Positions 26,155 through 35,415 are shown, counted from the first letter of the stretch. The stretch is 64,000 bases of DNA from Candidatus Daviesbacteria bacterium (GCA_016195715.1 JACPZA010000029.1:30493-94492); one strand, 5' to 3'. The notes: generated from the letters alone by a model not told the origin. Translations and numbers: made by a program.

Positions 26155-28452
26155 ATGAAAATCACATTTATTTCCTCCTATGTACCCAGAAAATGCGGGA
26201 TTGCCACATACACTCGGGATTTGGCGGTTGAAACAGAAAAAAAGGGTAATCAAATATCCATAATAGCTCTAGAGAACTTAACTGTACCCAATATCTATAC
26301 CACTCCTGTATCTGAGTTAGTCAGACAAAACAGCAGGCAGGATTATTTAAGAGTGGCCAAAAAAATAAATGTAAGTAGCAGCGAAATTGTCCATCTTCAA
26401 CATGAATTTGGACTTTTTGGAGGAGAAGATGGAAAACATATTTTAACTCTTACCCAAGCACTCACTAAGCCCCTGATAGTTACTTTCCATACTGTTTTAT
26501 TTAATCCAACAGAGTCTCAAAAATATATCATTCAAGAACTGGCTCGACTCTCAAGCAAAGTAATAGTTATGGATCAGATAACAAAAGATCGCCTCGAGAA
26601 CATATATGGTTTAAATCCAGCTGATATAGCGATCATACTGCATGGCGCGCCCAAAGTGATTAATACTCGCAGAAATGAATCAAAAAAAAGAATTAATTTT
26701 CCTAATACTTTTCTAATGCTGGCTAATAATCTTTTGAGTAGAAATAAAGGAATTGAATATGGAATTGAGGCTGTAGCCAAAGCGATAAAATATATTCCTA
26801 ACTTGATATTTTTAATTGTTGGAGAAACTCATCCAGTTGTAAAAGCGCAGGAAGGTGAATCCTATCGAGAAGAGCTGACACTATTAGTAAAAAAATTGGG
26901 TTTAAAAAAGAATGTGATATTTATAAATAAGTATGTTTCAATTGAAGAGTTGAAGAATTTTCTAGGAGCTGCAGATGTGTATATTACTCCCTACTTAGAT
27001 CCAGAGCAAACTGTCTCAGGTACATTATCTTATGCTATTGGTGCTGGAAAAGCCTGTATTGCCACAGAATATGTTTATGCTAAGGAGATGCTTTCTAATA
27101 ACAAAGGAATTATTGTCCCTTTTAGAGATAGTAGCTCAATTAGTGAAGCGCTGATAAAGCTTTTTAATAGTCCCAGCGAACTACACCGTCTCGAGAGAAG
27201 TATTGGGGTTTTCAGTGAAAAAATGAGTTGGTTAAGGGTTTCAGAAAAGCATATGCATGTTTATAAAAAAATAGTTCTAGCTAGATTTAATATTCAACAA
27301 AAGGTCCAAGATTTTATCAAATCCCCTACCAATATATCCCATTTGCTATATTTAACAAACAATACTGGAGTAGTCCAACATGCAAGCAAAACAACTCCTG
27401 ATTTACAATTTGGTTATAGTAGCGATGACAATGCCCGGGCACTAATAGTTGTATCACAAATCTACAGTAAAAATCACAGTGAAGAAATTTCTCGGCTCAT
27501 TAAACTTTATAGCAAATTTCTTAAAGTTGCCCAAGAACCAAATGGCAAGATTCACACTTTTTTAAATTCAAAGGAGGATTGGGATGATCAAGCCGGGGTA
27601 ACAGACGCATTTGGCAGAAGTTTGTGGGGATTAGGGTTTCACATATATACGAGTAAAGATCATTTTTCCACAGCTGATATGGATAATATTTTCCAGAAAA
27701 GTATGCAACAGTTTGACAATATTTTGGATCTTAGAACAGCTGCTTATTCAATCTTAGGCCTTTATTATTATATTTTGGCATTTAAAAACAATGTAATGGT
27801 CGTTAAAGAAGCAACTAAACATCTGGTAAAACTTGCAAGTTTTTTGAAGGATTCTTATGAAAAAAATCGGTCAGATAATTGGGAGTGGTTTGAGAAAGAT
27901 ATTACTTATGATAATTTCAGAATTCCCCAAGCTTTATTTGCAGCATTTTTAATTACTAAAAATGACAATTTTAAGATCGTCGCCGAGGCTAGTTTAAAAT
28001 TTTTACTTGAATTAAATCTTGATGATAAGAATAAGTTTTTTGATTTCATAGGTCAAGATGGATGGCATAGTCAGGATGGGAAAAAAGCCATTTATGATCA
28101 ACAACCCCTAGAAGCTGCTGGTGCTATAGAAGCTAATATCTTTGCATCAATAGCGCTAAAAGATGATTCATATTTAGATAACAGTCTCCTTGCTTTCGAG
28201 TGGTTCTTGGGAAACAATAGAAATCACAGATCTATTTATGACGACAAGTCAAAAGGAGTAGCAGATGGATTAACACCTCGTGGAGTTAATTTAAATCAAG
28301 GAGCTGAGTCAATAGTTTGTTTTTTAATGTCCTTACTTTCTCTTAAAAAACATATGCTCCAGGATAAAATTGCAAAGTATCCTAGAGATAGATTCTTACC
28401 AAAGCGAGTTACAACTAAACCTGTTGAAGTGGCCGGTCTGGTTTACCATTAG
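26155..28452 (+). CDS. Two-domain glycan enzyme: N-terminal GT4 (glycosyl transferase group 1) domain plus a C-terminal helical, probably (alpha/alpha)6-type glycosidase-like domain
   Basis: The N-terminal ~380 aa have GT-B GT4 features (the E-x7-E region around GESYREELTL and the C-terminal Rossmann fold). Residues 400-765 have no GT motif and are rich in aromatic and helical repeats. Its stop overlaps the start of the GH130 gene (TAGATG). Confidence 0.6.
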   Translation: MKITFISSYVPRKCGIATYTRDLAVETEKKGNQISIIALENLTVPNIYTTPVSELVRQNSRQDYLRVAKKINVSSSEIVHLQHEFGLFGGEDGKHILTLTQALTKPLIVTFHTVLFNPTESQKYIIQELARLSSKVIVMDQITKDRLENIYGLNPADIAIILHGAPKVINTRRNESKKRINFPNTFLMLANNLLSRNKGIEYGIEAVAKAIKYIPNLIFLIVGETHPVVKAQEGESYREELTLLVKKLGLKKNVIFINKYVSIEELKNFLGAADVYITPYLDPEQTVSGTLSYAIGAGKACIATEYVYAKEMLSNNKGIIVPFRDSSSISEALIKLFNSPSELHRLERSIGVFSEKMSWLRVSEKHMHVYKKIVLARFNIQQKVQDFIKSPTNISHLLYLTNNTGVVQHASKTTPDLQFGYSSDDNARALIVVSQIYSKNHSEEISRLIKLYSKFLKVAQEPNGKIHTFLNSKEDWDDQAGVTDAFGRSLWGLGFHIYTSKDHFSTADMDNIFQKSMQQFDNILDLRTAAYSILGLYYYILAFKNNVMVVKEATKHLVKLASFLKDSYEKNRSDNWEWFEKDITYDNFRIPQALFAAFLITKNDNFKIVAEASLKFLLELNLDDKNKFFDFIGQDGWHSQDGKKAIYDQQPLEAAGAIEANIFASIALKDDSYLDNSLLAFEWFLGNNRNHRSIYDDKSKGVADGLTPRGVNLNQGAESIVCFLMSLLSLKKHMLQDKIAKYPRDRFLPKRVTTKPVEVAGLVYH

Positions 28453-29373
28453 ATGGATTTAAAAATTAGAGCTATTAAGTACAGAAATAACCCGATCCTT
28501 ATTCCTTTAATTGAAGAGGGAAGTTTTGAAAGAGCGGCTGTCTATAATCCTGCTGCTATAGTCAAAGAAAATAAAATTTATCTTATTTATAGGGGAGAAG
28601 AAGACTACTATGAGCAATATATCTCAAGATTGGGACTGGCAATAAGTGATGATGGCTTTCATTTTAAAAGATACGAAAAAAATCCAATTTTAGAAGAGGA
28701 TTTGGACAATCCGGATGAAAAAAGAGGATGCGAAGATCCAAGAGTTATACAAGTGGATAAAAACGAATTTTTCTTAACCTATGTAACTTTTAATGGAGGA
28801 CAAAATATTAAACTTTGTGGAGCTTTTTCCAAAGATTTGATAAAGTTCAAAAAAATAGGAAAACTTGTCCCAGGTAAAGAAAAGTCTGGAGCTATTGTCC
28901 AAAACTATAAATATAAAGACAAATATTATGTCATGTATTTTGGAGATGATAATTTAAAGGTCGCTTTCTCAGAAGATCTCATAAAGTGGTCAGTTGCAAA
29001 AAAACCAGTGCTCGCGCCTAGAAAAGATTACTTTGATAGTTTTCTGGTAGAAGGTGGTCCCCCTCCTATTTTAATCGATGAAGGAATATTTATGATCTAT
29101 AACAGTGCTAGAGAGCATCAAAAGTATGATGGCAAAACATCCTGGCTTTCCTATTCACCTGGGATTGCAATTTTTGATAAAAATGATCCTAAAAAATTAA
29201 TTTATAGATCTAGTCAACCTTTGCTTAAACCCACAGAATATTGGGAAAAATATGGGAAAGTAAATTATGTAATATTTGCAACAGGTTTAGTTAAATTTCA
29301 AGAAAAATGGCTCTTATATTATGGTGGAGCAGATAAAAGTATTGGGGTAGCCCAGTTAACTTTTAAAAATTAA
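28453..29373 (+). CDS. GH130-family glycoside phosphorylase or hydrolase (beta-mannoside-acting five-bladed propeller, DUF377)
   Basis: The N-terminus YRNNPILIP...AAVYNPAAIVKENKIYLIYRGE matches the GH130 signature. RGCEDPRV is present. Size is 306 aa. Confidence 0.65.
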   Translation: MDLKIRAIKYRNNPILIPLIEEGSFERAAVYNPAAIVKENKIYLIYRGEEDYYEQYISRLGLAISDDGFHFKRYEKNPILEEDLDNPDEKRGCEDPRVIQVDKNEFFLTYVTFNGGQNIKLCGAFSKDLIKFKKIGKLVPGKEKSGAIVQNYKYKDKYYVMYFGDDNLKVAFSEDLIKWSVAKKPVLAPRKDYFDSFLVEGGPPPILIDEGIFMIYNSAREHQKYDGKTSWLSYSPGIAIFDKNDPKKLIYRSSQPLLKPTEYWEKYGKVNYVIFATGLVKFQEKWLLYYGGADKSIGVAQLTFKN

Positions 29374-29393
29374 CTTCATCTATTTGTTTAATT

Positions 29394-29418
29394 GGGTACA
29401 AACTAAATTCAACTAGCC
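29394..29418. repeat. Member D of the short repeat family (GGGTACAAACTAAATTCAACTAGCC). It contains TTCAACT, identical to the tRNA-His T-loop
   Basis: Lies in the convergent intergenic region, 6 nt upstream of the second copy of the 19-nt repeat. Confidence 0.4.
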
Positions 29419-29424
29419 GTTTAA

Positions 29425-29443
29425 AAGTCCTATAGTTTGATTT
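29425..29443 (+). repeat. Copy 2 of the exact 19-nt repeat AAGTCCTATAGTTTGATTT (copy 1 is at 1055-1073, after tRNA-Arg)
   Basis: 19/19 identical. It abuts the stop codon of the 29444-30250 gene. Confidence 0.6.
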
Positions 29444-30250
29444 TCACTCTTTAAAATATTCTAGAGTTAAACATTTTACACTCCCTCCACCTTTTCTAAA
29501 CTCACCCATAGGGACCTCTATGGTTGAAAAGCCATAGTTTGCTAAATCATCTTTAAACTTTTGTGTTATCCCAAGACCTGTAATAACAGTTTTCCCTACC
29601 ATTACTAAATTGCAAGCTAAAATATTGTTATCATCCTTCCCTACCAAAATGACATTTGGAAAATGCTGATAGATTTTTTTTAAGCCCTCTGCAGTAAAAG
29701 AAATAGGGTTGATAGCTACAGTATTTTCATCTAAGGGAGCAAAACAAGTATCTAGGTGATAATAATATGGATTAACTAACTCTAGATCGATAATTTTTGA
29801 CCCTAAAGCTTCTGTTAGAAATTTTTTGGCTCTTTGATCAGATCTTTTCCCCCAACCCAAAAAATAGCTATTACCCATCTTTAATAGATCTCCCTGCCCT
29901 TCAAAAGCTACATCATCAGGTAGCTCATAAATTTCAAAGCCTCCTTTTTGAAAAAATTGTTTTGCATGATCCGACTCTGCCTTTCTTTGATCATATTTAT
30001 AATTAGATTTAATGAAGGTATTATTTAATACAAAACCAAAGTTAGCTGCATAGACCATATCTGGCAATTTCTTATCTTGCTTAATAGTATGAACTTTTAT
30101 TCCTAAGCCAGTATAGGTTTTGATTAAGCTATGCCAATCTTTTAAAGCTAAGTCTTTATCAACTTGATCTTTATCCGGATGCATCCAGGGATTAATTCTA
30201 TAAATCACTCCAAAATAATCTGGGGTACACATCACTACTGTTTTATCCAT
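29444..30250 (-). CDS. Amidinotransferase / dimethylarginine dimethylaminohydrolase (DDAH)-superfamily enzyme
   Basis: 268 aa. The C-terminal GGGSVKCLT has the catalytic Cys in the conserved GGG-x-x-C context of this superfamily. Confidence 0.55.
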   Translation of the reverse strand: MDKTVVMCTPDYFGVIYRINPWMHPDKDQVDKDLALKDWHSLIKTYTGLGIKVHTIKQDKKLPDMVYAANFGFVLNNTFIKSNYKYDQRKAESDHAKQFFQKGGFEIYELPDDVAFEGQGDLLKMGNSYFLGWGKRSDQRAKKFLTEALGSKIIDLELVNPYYYHLDTCFAPLDENTVAINPISFTAEGLKKIYQHFPNVILVGKDDNNILACNLVMVGKTVITGLGITQKFKDDLANYGFSTIEVPMGEFRKGGGSVKCLTLEYFKE

Positions 30251-30329
30251 AACTAAATAATAACCAGTATTTTATCAGAAGCGAATTCTTCATATTTATA
30301 ATAAAATTATAGAAAATTAAACCCAAAGC

Positions 30330-31154
30330 TTAAAGTCTGAACTTAAAAAAGATTGCATTAGCCATCAGCAGACTTGAGATAAAAGAATCTTGAATTAATC
30401 TGGTAAAGAAAATATTACCGGGTGCAAGTAATGAAATCAGCTTAACTAATACTGCTACAAAAATTGCATAAATAATTTGCTTTTTTGCTCCTACTGGAGA
30501 AGTCATCGGCTCAACCAGCATGATAACAGTAAAAAAGATCACCCCGGGATTAACTAACTTATCTAATATTGATTTCATAGAAATTGGCAAGCCAATACTG
30601 GTGATAATAGTAAAGGCTAAAAGGAAAGTTAAAATAATATAAAAGCGCTTCATTCTATATCCAGAGACATACGCTGGCAGAAGTAGAACAACTAAAGAAA
30701 AAAAACTAAGAATACTTGGATGACCAGCAATGCTGGGAAAAGAAGCTCCCCACCAAGAAGCACTTAAACCAAGTGTTAACTGCCCTGAAAGTATCCCAAA
30801 AGCAGCTGGGTTAAAAATGTGTCTGCCTGAAACCCTTAAAAAATTCTTAGAAGCAATAGCTAAACCTGCAATAAAAGCTATCTGATACCACATAGCAGAT
30901 GGATCAATGATTAAAGCAATAATTAATCCTGAGACAATTGCAGCGTAAGGCTTAAAAAGCTGTCTAATCTTTATATAAGTAAATAAAAGATCAAATGAAA
31001 TTGTAAAAAACAGACAAAATGAGAGCAAAACTACTCCCTGGTAGAGACTTAATAGCTTTATAATAAACAATGCTGCTACATAAACCACTGCCAAAGCCAC
31101 AGCCATTTGGACTTTAGGAATCTTAAATAACTTGGGTATACTAAAATTTAGCAC
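30330..31154 (-). CDS. Polytopic membrane protein (possibly NqrB/RnfD-like)
   Basis: Seven or eight hydrophobic segments. Only a weak family assignment. Confidence 0.4.
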   Translation of the reverse strand: MLNFSIPKLFKIPKVQMAVALAVVYVAALFIIKLLSLYQGVVLLSFCLFFTISFDLLFTYIKIRQLFKPYAAIVSGLIIALIIDPSAMWYQIAFIAGLAIASKNFLRVSGRHIFNPAAFGILSGQLTLGLSASWWGASFPSIAGHPSILSFFSLVVLLLPAYVSGYRMKRFYIILTFLLAFTIITSIGLPISMKSILDKLVNPGVIFFTVIMLVEPMTSPVGAKKQIIYAIFVAVLVKLISLLAPGNIFFTRLIQDSFISSLLMANAIFFKFRL

Positions 31155-31332
31155 ATTTAATATTAAGCTTTTTACTGATTAAAACAAACCCATCTTTACT
31201 GTAATTAGTACATTAATTTGGTGGGCTGTCAATATGGAAAACTGGAGAACTTAACTAACGGTAAGAATTATTGACTGGCTCAACACTATAGGTTGATAAT
31301 TTTCTTTTGATCCCGTATAATTAAAGCCTGAT

Positions 31333-32058
31333 ATGAGTCCAGACAGAAAAAACAGACCAGTAAATAGACCAGATATAGTTCCAGTAATTTACCAAGACTC
31401 TCGTGCAAGGAGAGCTCTAGCTGATGTTAAGTCTCCTGAGGGAATTGATGAATTTATTAGAATTCTTAGAAAAAGCTTTTTTCCACGCTGGCTAGGTTAT
31501 GAACCGCCTCTTATTCTAGTTCATCCTTATCTTCCAAAAATTATGGCAGAGGCTCAGGGAAGTGGCTTATTAACTCCAGATAATTATGCCTCAGCTATGT
31601 GGAATCATGGCTTCCTCCATTATCCTGGAGTTGTAAATAATTTGCAGGCTTCTTTTGTTCCTTTTGATGCTCATTTAGCACAGACTCAGCAAGAATATGT
31701 GCACAGGCTTTCAGCGGTTACATTTATGGTGAAAGGTGAAATGCATTCTGAAACTGGAGCTTTAGAAGGTGAAGCAAGGAGAAGATATGTTTTATTTTTA
31801 AATCACCTTGGAATCCCAAATAACCTACCGCGCCGTTTACTTAGTCAGGGTTTAACCTTTTATAGCCCTGAAGAATTATGGAATAAGAGGGCTGTTCTTA
31901 TGTCTACAGCTGTTGAGAATAACCATGAGGTAAAAAGGGTTATTCATGAAGCGAATGAGAGGGTCTATTCCTCTAGCATGGTTGCTAAAGCAGTTGAAAG
32001 GAAAGGGATTATTCATCCCTTGCAAGGGGGTCTTCCAGGGTTAGGGAAATCATCGTGA
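31333..32058 (+). CDS. Hypothetical protein; GC higher than the neighbours
   Basis: 241-aa ORF. I recognise no family. Confidence 0.4.
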   Translation: MSPDRKNRPVNRPDIVPVIYQDSRARRALADVKSPEGIDEFIRILRKSFFPRWLGYEPPLILVHPYLPKIMAEAQGSGLLTPDNYASAMWNHGFLHYPGVVNNLQASFVPFDAHLAQTQQEYVHRLSAVTFMVKGEMHSETGALEGEARRRYVLFLNHLGIPNNLPRRLLSQGLTFYSPEELWNKRAVLMSTAVENNHEVKRVIHEANERVYSSSMVAKAVERKGIIHPLQGGLPGLGKSS

Positions 32059-32088
32059 CTATTAAATCCACAGGAATTTTTACTAGCT

Positions 32089-32706
32089 TTACCTTATCGA
32101 ATTTGAGCTATAGTAGAGTAAGACATTGCCATTTTTAAAGTTTCTGGTCTTTATTAATTTTAAATTTAATTTTTGGTTTAAGCCTGTAAATAAAGTATGA
32201 CCTTCCCCTATGACTACTGGATTAAGCATAATTCTAAATTCATCAACTAAACCTTCCTTCATTAAACTGACACATAAATGATTACTCCCAAAAATGGCTA
32301 TATCCTTCTTGCCCACCGAAGCCTTGGCGGAGGTGGGGCCTGGTTGTTCTTTTAACTTCTTGATTTCTTCTGGATCAACTTTATGTTTTAATGTGACATT
32401 TTTCCAGTTTTTTTCTTCTTTAATATCCATCATGGTTCTGGAGAAAACTATTTTAGGCATGTTGTTTATTAAATCTGCAATAATTAAATCTTCTTTAGAT
32501 AAATTTGGATCTTTAGGTGCATTTGGCCAAAAATCATGAAACAGTTCATAGGTTCTTCTACCAAGAATTAGTGTCCCAACTTCGCTTGTTTGTTCTACAG
32601 CAAATTCATTAAATTCTCGATCAACATTATGCCAGGAAAGATCATGATTTGGCCCCTCAAAAAACCCATCCAAAGACACCATCATGAACAAAAATATCTT
32701 TCTCAT
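32089..32706 (-). CDS. Dihydrofolate-reductase-like protein (RibD C-terminal domain, YwjB-like)
   Basis: The N-terminal MRKIFLFMMVSLDGFFEGP...LILGRRTYE pattern is typical of the RibD_C/DHFR-like family. Confidence 0.6.
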   Translation of the reverse strand: MRKIFLFMMVSLDGFFEGPNHDLSWHNVDREFNEFAVEQTSEVGTLILGRRTYELFHDFWPNAPKDPNLSKEDLIIADLINNMPKIVFSRTMMDIKEEKNWKNVTLKHKVDPEEIKKLKEQPGPTSAKASVGKKDIAIFGSNHLCVSLMKEGLVDEFRIMLNPVVIGEGHTLFTGLNQKLNLKLIKTRNFKNGNVLLYYSSNSIR

Positions 32707-32724
32707 CTTAAAAATTATATCAGA

Positions 32725-33246
32725 CTAAACTTTGAACTGCTTTTTTACTTGCTTAGCATGTCCACCCTCGTGTCCTTCACCTTCATATTCATACCCAAAA
32801 AGAGAATAGACAGTCACTGGATTACCGTCGCTCCAAGTTTCATCCCCGCTTTGATGCTTCCATTGTTCATCTGTAAGTTTTTCCATTAGCTCTATCTGAG
32901 CCCAAAATGAATCATCCCAATCTTTTAAAACTTCTTGCCAAGAGTTATCTTTTCTTTTTTCAACTTCTTTTCTGTTAAATTCTTCTTCCCCTGCTTTATC
33001 TTCATATCTATCGGGCCAAGTTGCCTCATTATTTAAAACTCGCTTAACTTCATCAACTGCTTCCCAATTCCATGCAGCTAAATGAGTCGCAATATCTTTT
33101 ATGGACCACTCTCCTAAAGTTTCCTTTTTAAGAATTTGTTCTTGAGGCAAAGAAGTGACCAGCTCTTTCAACTTTTGATGCTCATTTTTAAACTGCTCTA
33201 TAGTCTCTTTTCTATCAATAAACATGAGGAAATTATACCAGACCAC
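32725..33246 (-). CDS. DinB_2/ClbS(DUF1706)-like four-helix-bundle protein (tentative)
   Basis: Size and pattern (W-rich helices, IATHLAAWNWE) are suggestive only. Confidence 0.3.
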   Translation of the reverse strand: MVWYNFLMFIDRKETIEQFKNEHQKLKELVTSLPQEQILKKETLGEWSIKDIATHLAAWNWEAVDEVKRVLNNEATWPDRYEDKAGEEEFNRKEVEKRKDNSWQEVLKDWDDSFWAQIELMEKLTDEQWKHQSGDETWSDGNPVTVYSLFGYEYEGEGHEGGHAKQVKKQFKV

Positions 33247-33282
33247 AGCCTCCTTTTATTCCTTAAAGCCAATCTTAGACCA

Positions 33283-34386
33283 CTAATAGAATTTTCTTAG
33301 TGATTCAATTTGTACATTAAAAATAGTAATAAATAATTTTTCATATAACGATTCATTAATACTAGAATTTTGAAATGTGTGATTGACATTATTCCTTATG
33401 AGTATTGCTATGCTATACCCTAAAGTTACATCATTTAACGTGACTTTTAATAGGCTTTTTTCCAATATTTTATAATTAAAATCTTTCGATTGCGGAAGTA
33501 TACTTTTAGTTCCTATGCTTAAGCATTTATAGAGCCCACCTAATGCTAAATTTGGATGAGAGTATACTTTAAAAGCTTTGTTTTTGTGTGGTTTTTTACT
33601 ATTAATTTTCTTACTTTTTGCAGACTTTTTAAGGAGGGTTTCTAAAATCAAGCTCATTTTTACCAAACTTAAATGTGCTTTTATTTGGTTTTCTAGATCA
33701 AGAGGAGCTATTCTAAGTATTTGCTTATTTTGGTTAAATTCTAGAATTTGTGATATTAAGCTAGCCCACGCTGACCTTCGAGCCCTCTCGCTCTTGAGTA
33801 AAATCTTCGTAGTTATTATATTTCTTAGTTCTTCTATAGAAGTTAAAATATTAAATTTACTTAAAAGATGAATGAAATTTAATAAAGATTCGTTTAGTAT
33901 TTGTGCTTGCCCTTCGTCATTTCCTCCAGTCGGGTATAAAGTTAGGTACAGCCATCCTGGGGCCTTCGTAACCTCCTTCCTATTATGAATTCTAAAATCC
34001 TGAGATAGACCAAAATCCATAAACTCTAAACCATCTTCATATTTTTCCATTTTTAAATAGAAAATTGCGGAAAAATAATAGGGAGTGCCTTTATGAATTT
34101 CTTTGAATCTCATATTATCTATACTCTGAATTACATCAAGCAGAGTAATCCAAGCTTTGGTACCCAATATTACATTGTTAGTTTTATGAAATCCTTGTAT
34201 AAATCCTGCATGCTCACTAAAAAAATGGTCTGCTTCTCCCCAATTTGTAATATTTAATAAATCGTTATTAAGTAATTGTTGAAAGTAAGGATCATATAAC
34301 AAATTAAAATATCTCACAACCTCAAACTGAGACCCTAGAATTGTAACTAGATGATTAATTGAATAAAATTTTGAAGAAGGTAACAC
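33283..34386 (-). CDS. Orphan hypothetical protein (367 aa), very AT-rich
   Basis: Long ORF with no recognisable domain. It is flanked by the tiny promoter-terminator unit. Confidence 0.45.
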   Translation of the reverse strand: MLPSSKFYSINHLVTILGSQFEVVRYFNLLYDPYFQQLLNNDLLNITNWGEADHFFSEHAGFIQGFHKTNNVILGTKAWITLLDVIQSIDNMRFKEIHKGTPYYFSAIFYLKMEKYEDGLEFMDFGLSQDFRIHNRKEVTKAPGWLYLTLYPTGGNDEGQAQILNESLLNFIHLLSKFNILTSIEELRNIITTKILLKSERARRSAWASLISQILEFNQNKQILRIAPLDLENQIKAHLSLVKMSLILETLLKKSAKSKKINSKKPHKNKAFKVYSHPNLALGGLYKCLSIGTKSILPQSKDFNYKILEKSLLKVTLNDVTLGYSIAILIRNNVNHTFQNSSINESLYEKLFITIFNVQIESLRKFY

Positions 34387-34466
34387 TCTACTCTCCTATA
34401 ATTTACTTATTGCGCTTTCAGAACAAATTTTACGCCTTTTGGGGGATTTTAGCTAGATTTGATATA

Positions 34467-34494
34467 GTGACAAAAAGCAAATATGTGATATAAT
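34467..34494 (+). promoter_or_regulatory. Strong sigma70-like promoter: GTGACA, 16-nt spacer, extended -10 TGATATAAT
   Basis: -35 at 34467-34472. Extended -10 at 34486-34494. No plus-strand ORF lies downstream, only the terminator about 25 nt away. Confidence 0.45.
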
Positions 34495-34515
34495 ATAAAC
34501 AATATTCATCTGAAG

Positions 34516-34535
34516 ACCCCCGCAAGGGGGTTTTT
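34516..34535 (+). terminator. Rho-independent terminator: ACCCCC-GCAA-GGGGGT hairpin followed by TTTTT
   Basis: Perfect 6-bp G/C-rich stem with a GNRA tetraloop, then a run of 5 T on the plus strand. It also lies 6 nt past the stop of the minus-strand NYN gene. Confidence 0.6.
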
Positions 34536-34540
34536 GGAAT

Positions 34541-35068
34541 CTAAATTCTTTCTACAAATTCTCTCAAATTATTAAAATTTATATATTTATTTGCAGCCTT
34601 TAAAAGCTCATAGGAAACATGCCCCTTTGAGGAAATAACCACAACTTTTTTGTTTTTACTTTGTAGGTAGCGTATCAAAGCATGAAAATCACTATCTCCA
34701 CTCATCAAAATAGCAGTCGAATAAAATTTTATACTTTTAACAGCATCTATGGTTAGCTCTACATCTAAATTTCCTTTCTTGGAAATAGTTCCATCTGTTT
34801 GTCTAATTAATTTAACCTCTTTAGTTCTTATTTTGTAGCCCCACTGCCTTAATTTATCAAAGAAACCTTGTTGTTTTTTATCGTCTTTAATATAGGCAAA
34901 ATAGAAATGAACATTATCCAACTGGTAATTATTTTTAAAGTAGTTCATTAGTTTTTTGAAGTCTATCTGCCATTTCAAACTCTTTTGGGAATAAATCACA
35001 TTTGCTGCATCTATAAACACTACAGCTTTAGTTGACTGCCTGTAGATAATTTTTTTAACTGTAGACAT
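34541..35068 (-). CDS. NYN-domain (LabA-like) protein, predicted ribonuclease
   Basis: VVFIDAANV and ILMSGDSDF match the Asp-containing NYN/PIN-like motifs. Confidence 0.6.
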   Translation of the reverse strand: MSTVKKIIYRQSTKAVVFIDAANVIYSQKSLKWQIDFKKLMNYFKNNYQLDNVHFYFAYIKDDKKQQGFFDKLRQWGYKIRTKEVKLIRQTDGTISKKGNLDVELTIDAVKSIKFYSTAILMSGDSDFHALIRYLQSKNKKVVVISSKGHVSYELLKAANKYINFNNLREFVERI

Positions 35069-35076
35069 TTTTCGAG

Positions 35077-35409
35077 TTATTTCTTTTTTGGGAGGGATTC
35101 TACGAAAGTGATTGATCTTTCAAGCCAATCTTCTAGATCTTTATCAGTTTTATATTCTTCCTTTTCAACATATAAAAATCCATTCATGGCTCTGCCATTA
35201 TGGACCATCTGACTAACACCAGACTTTTTGGAAAGAGATTCACCTTCTTCTGGATTGACTCTGAAGAGTATATTATCCTGGTTTACTCCACAGATCATTT
35301 TGCCATCTAATAAAAAGCATAATCCTCCAAACATCTTCTTTTCAAAGATGCCCTTTTTACCTGAAAGGGCATCTTGAACTCTTTTAGCAGTATTTTCATT
35401 ATATGCCAT
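35077..35409 (-). CDS. TfoX N-terminal-domain protein
   Basis: The AKRVQDALSGKKGIFEKKMFGGLCFLLDGKM pattern matches TfoX_N. Confidence 0.55.
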   Translation of the reverse strand: MAYNENTAKRVQDALSGKKGIFEKKMFGGLCFLLDGKMICGVNQDNILFRVNPEEGESLSKKSGVSQMVHNGRAMNGFLYVEKEEYKTDKDLEDWLERSITFVESLPKKK

Positions 35410-35415
35410 ATTTAA

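Noticed and set aside
32294-33871. ORFs 32294-32539+, 32590-32889+, 33578-33871+ inside or antisense to the minus-strand genes
   Set aside because: They overlap longer conserved-family ORFs on the opposite strand, and their translations are low-complexity. Spurious.
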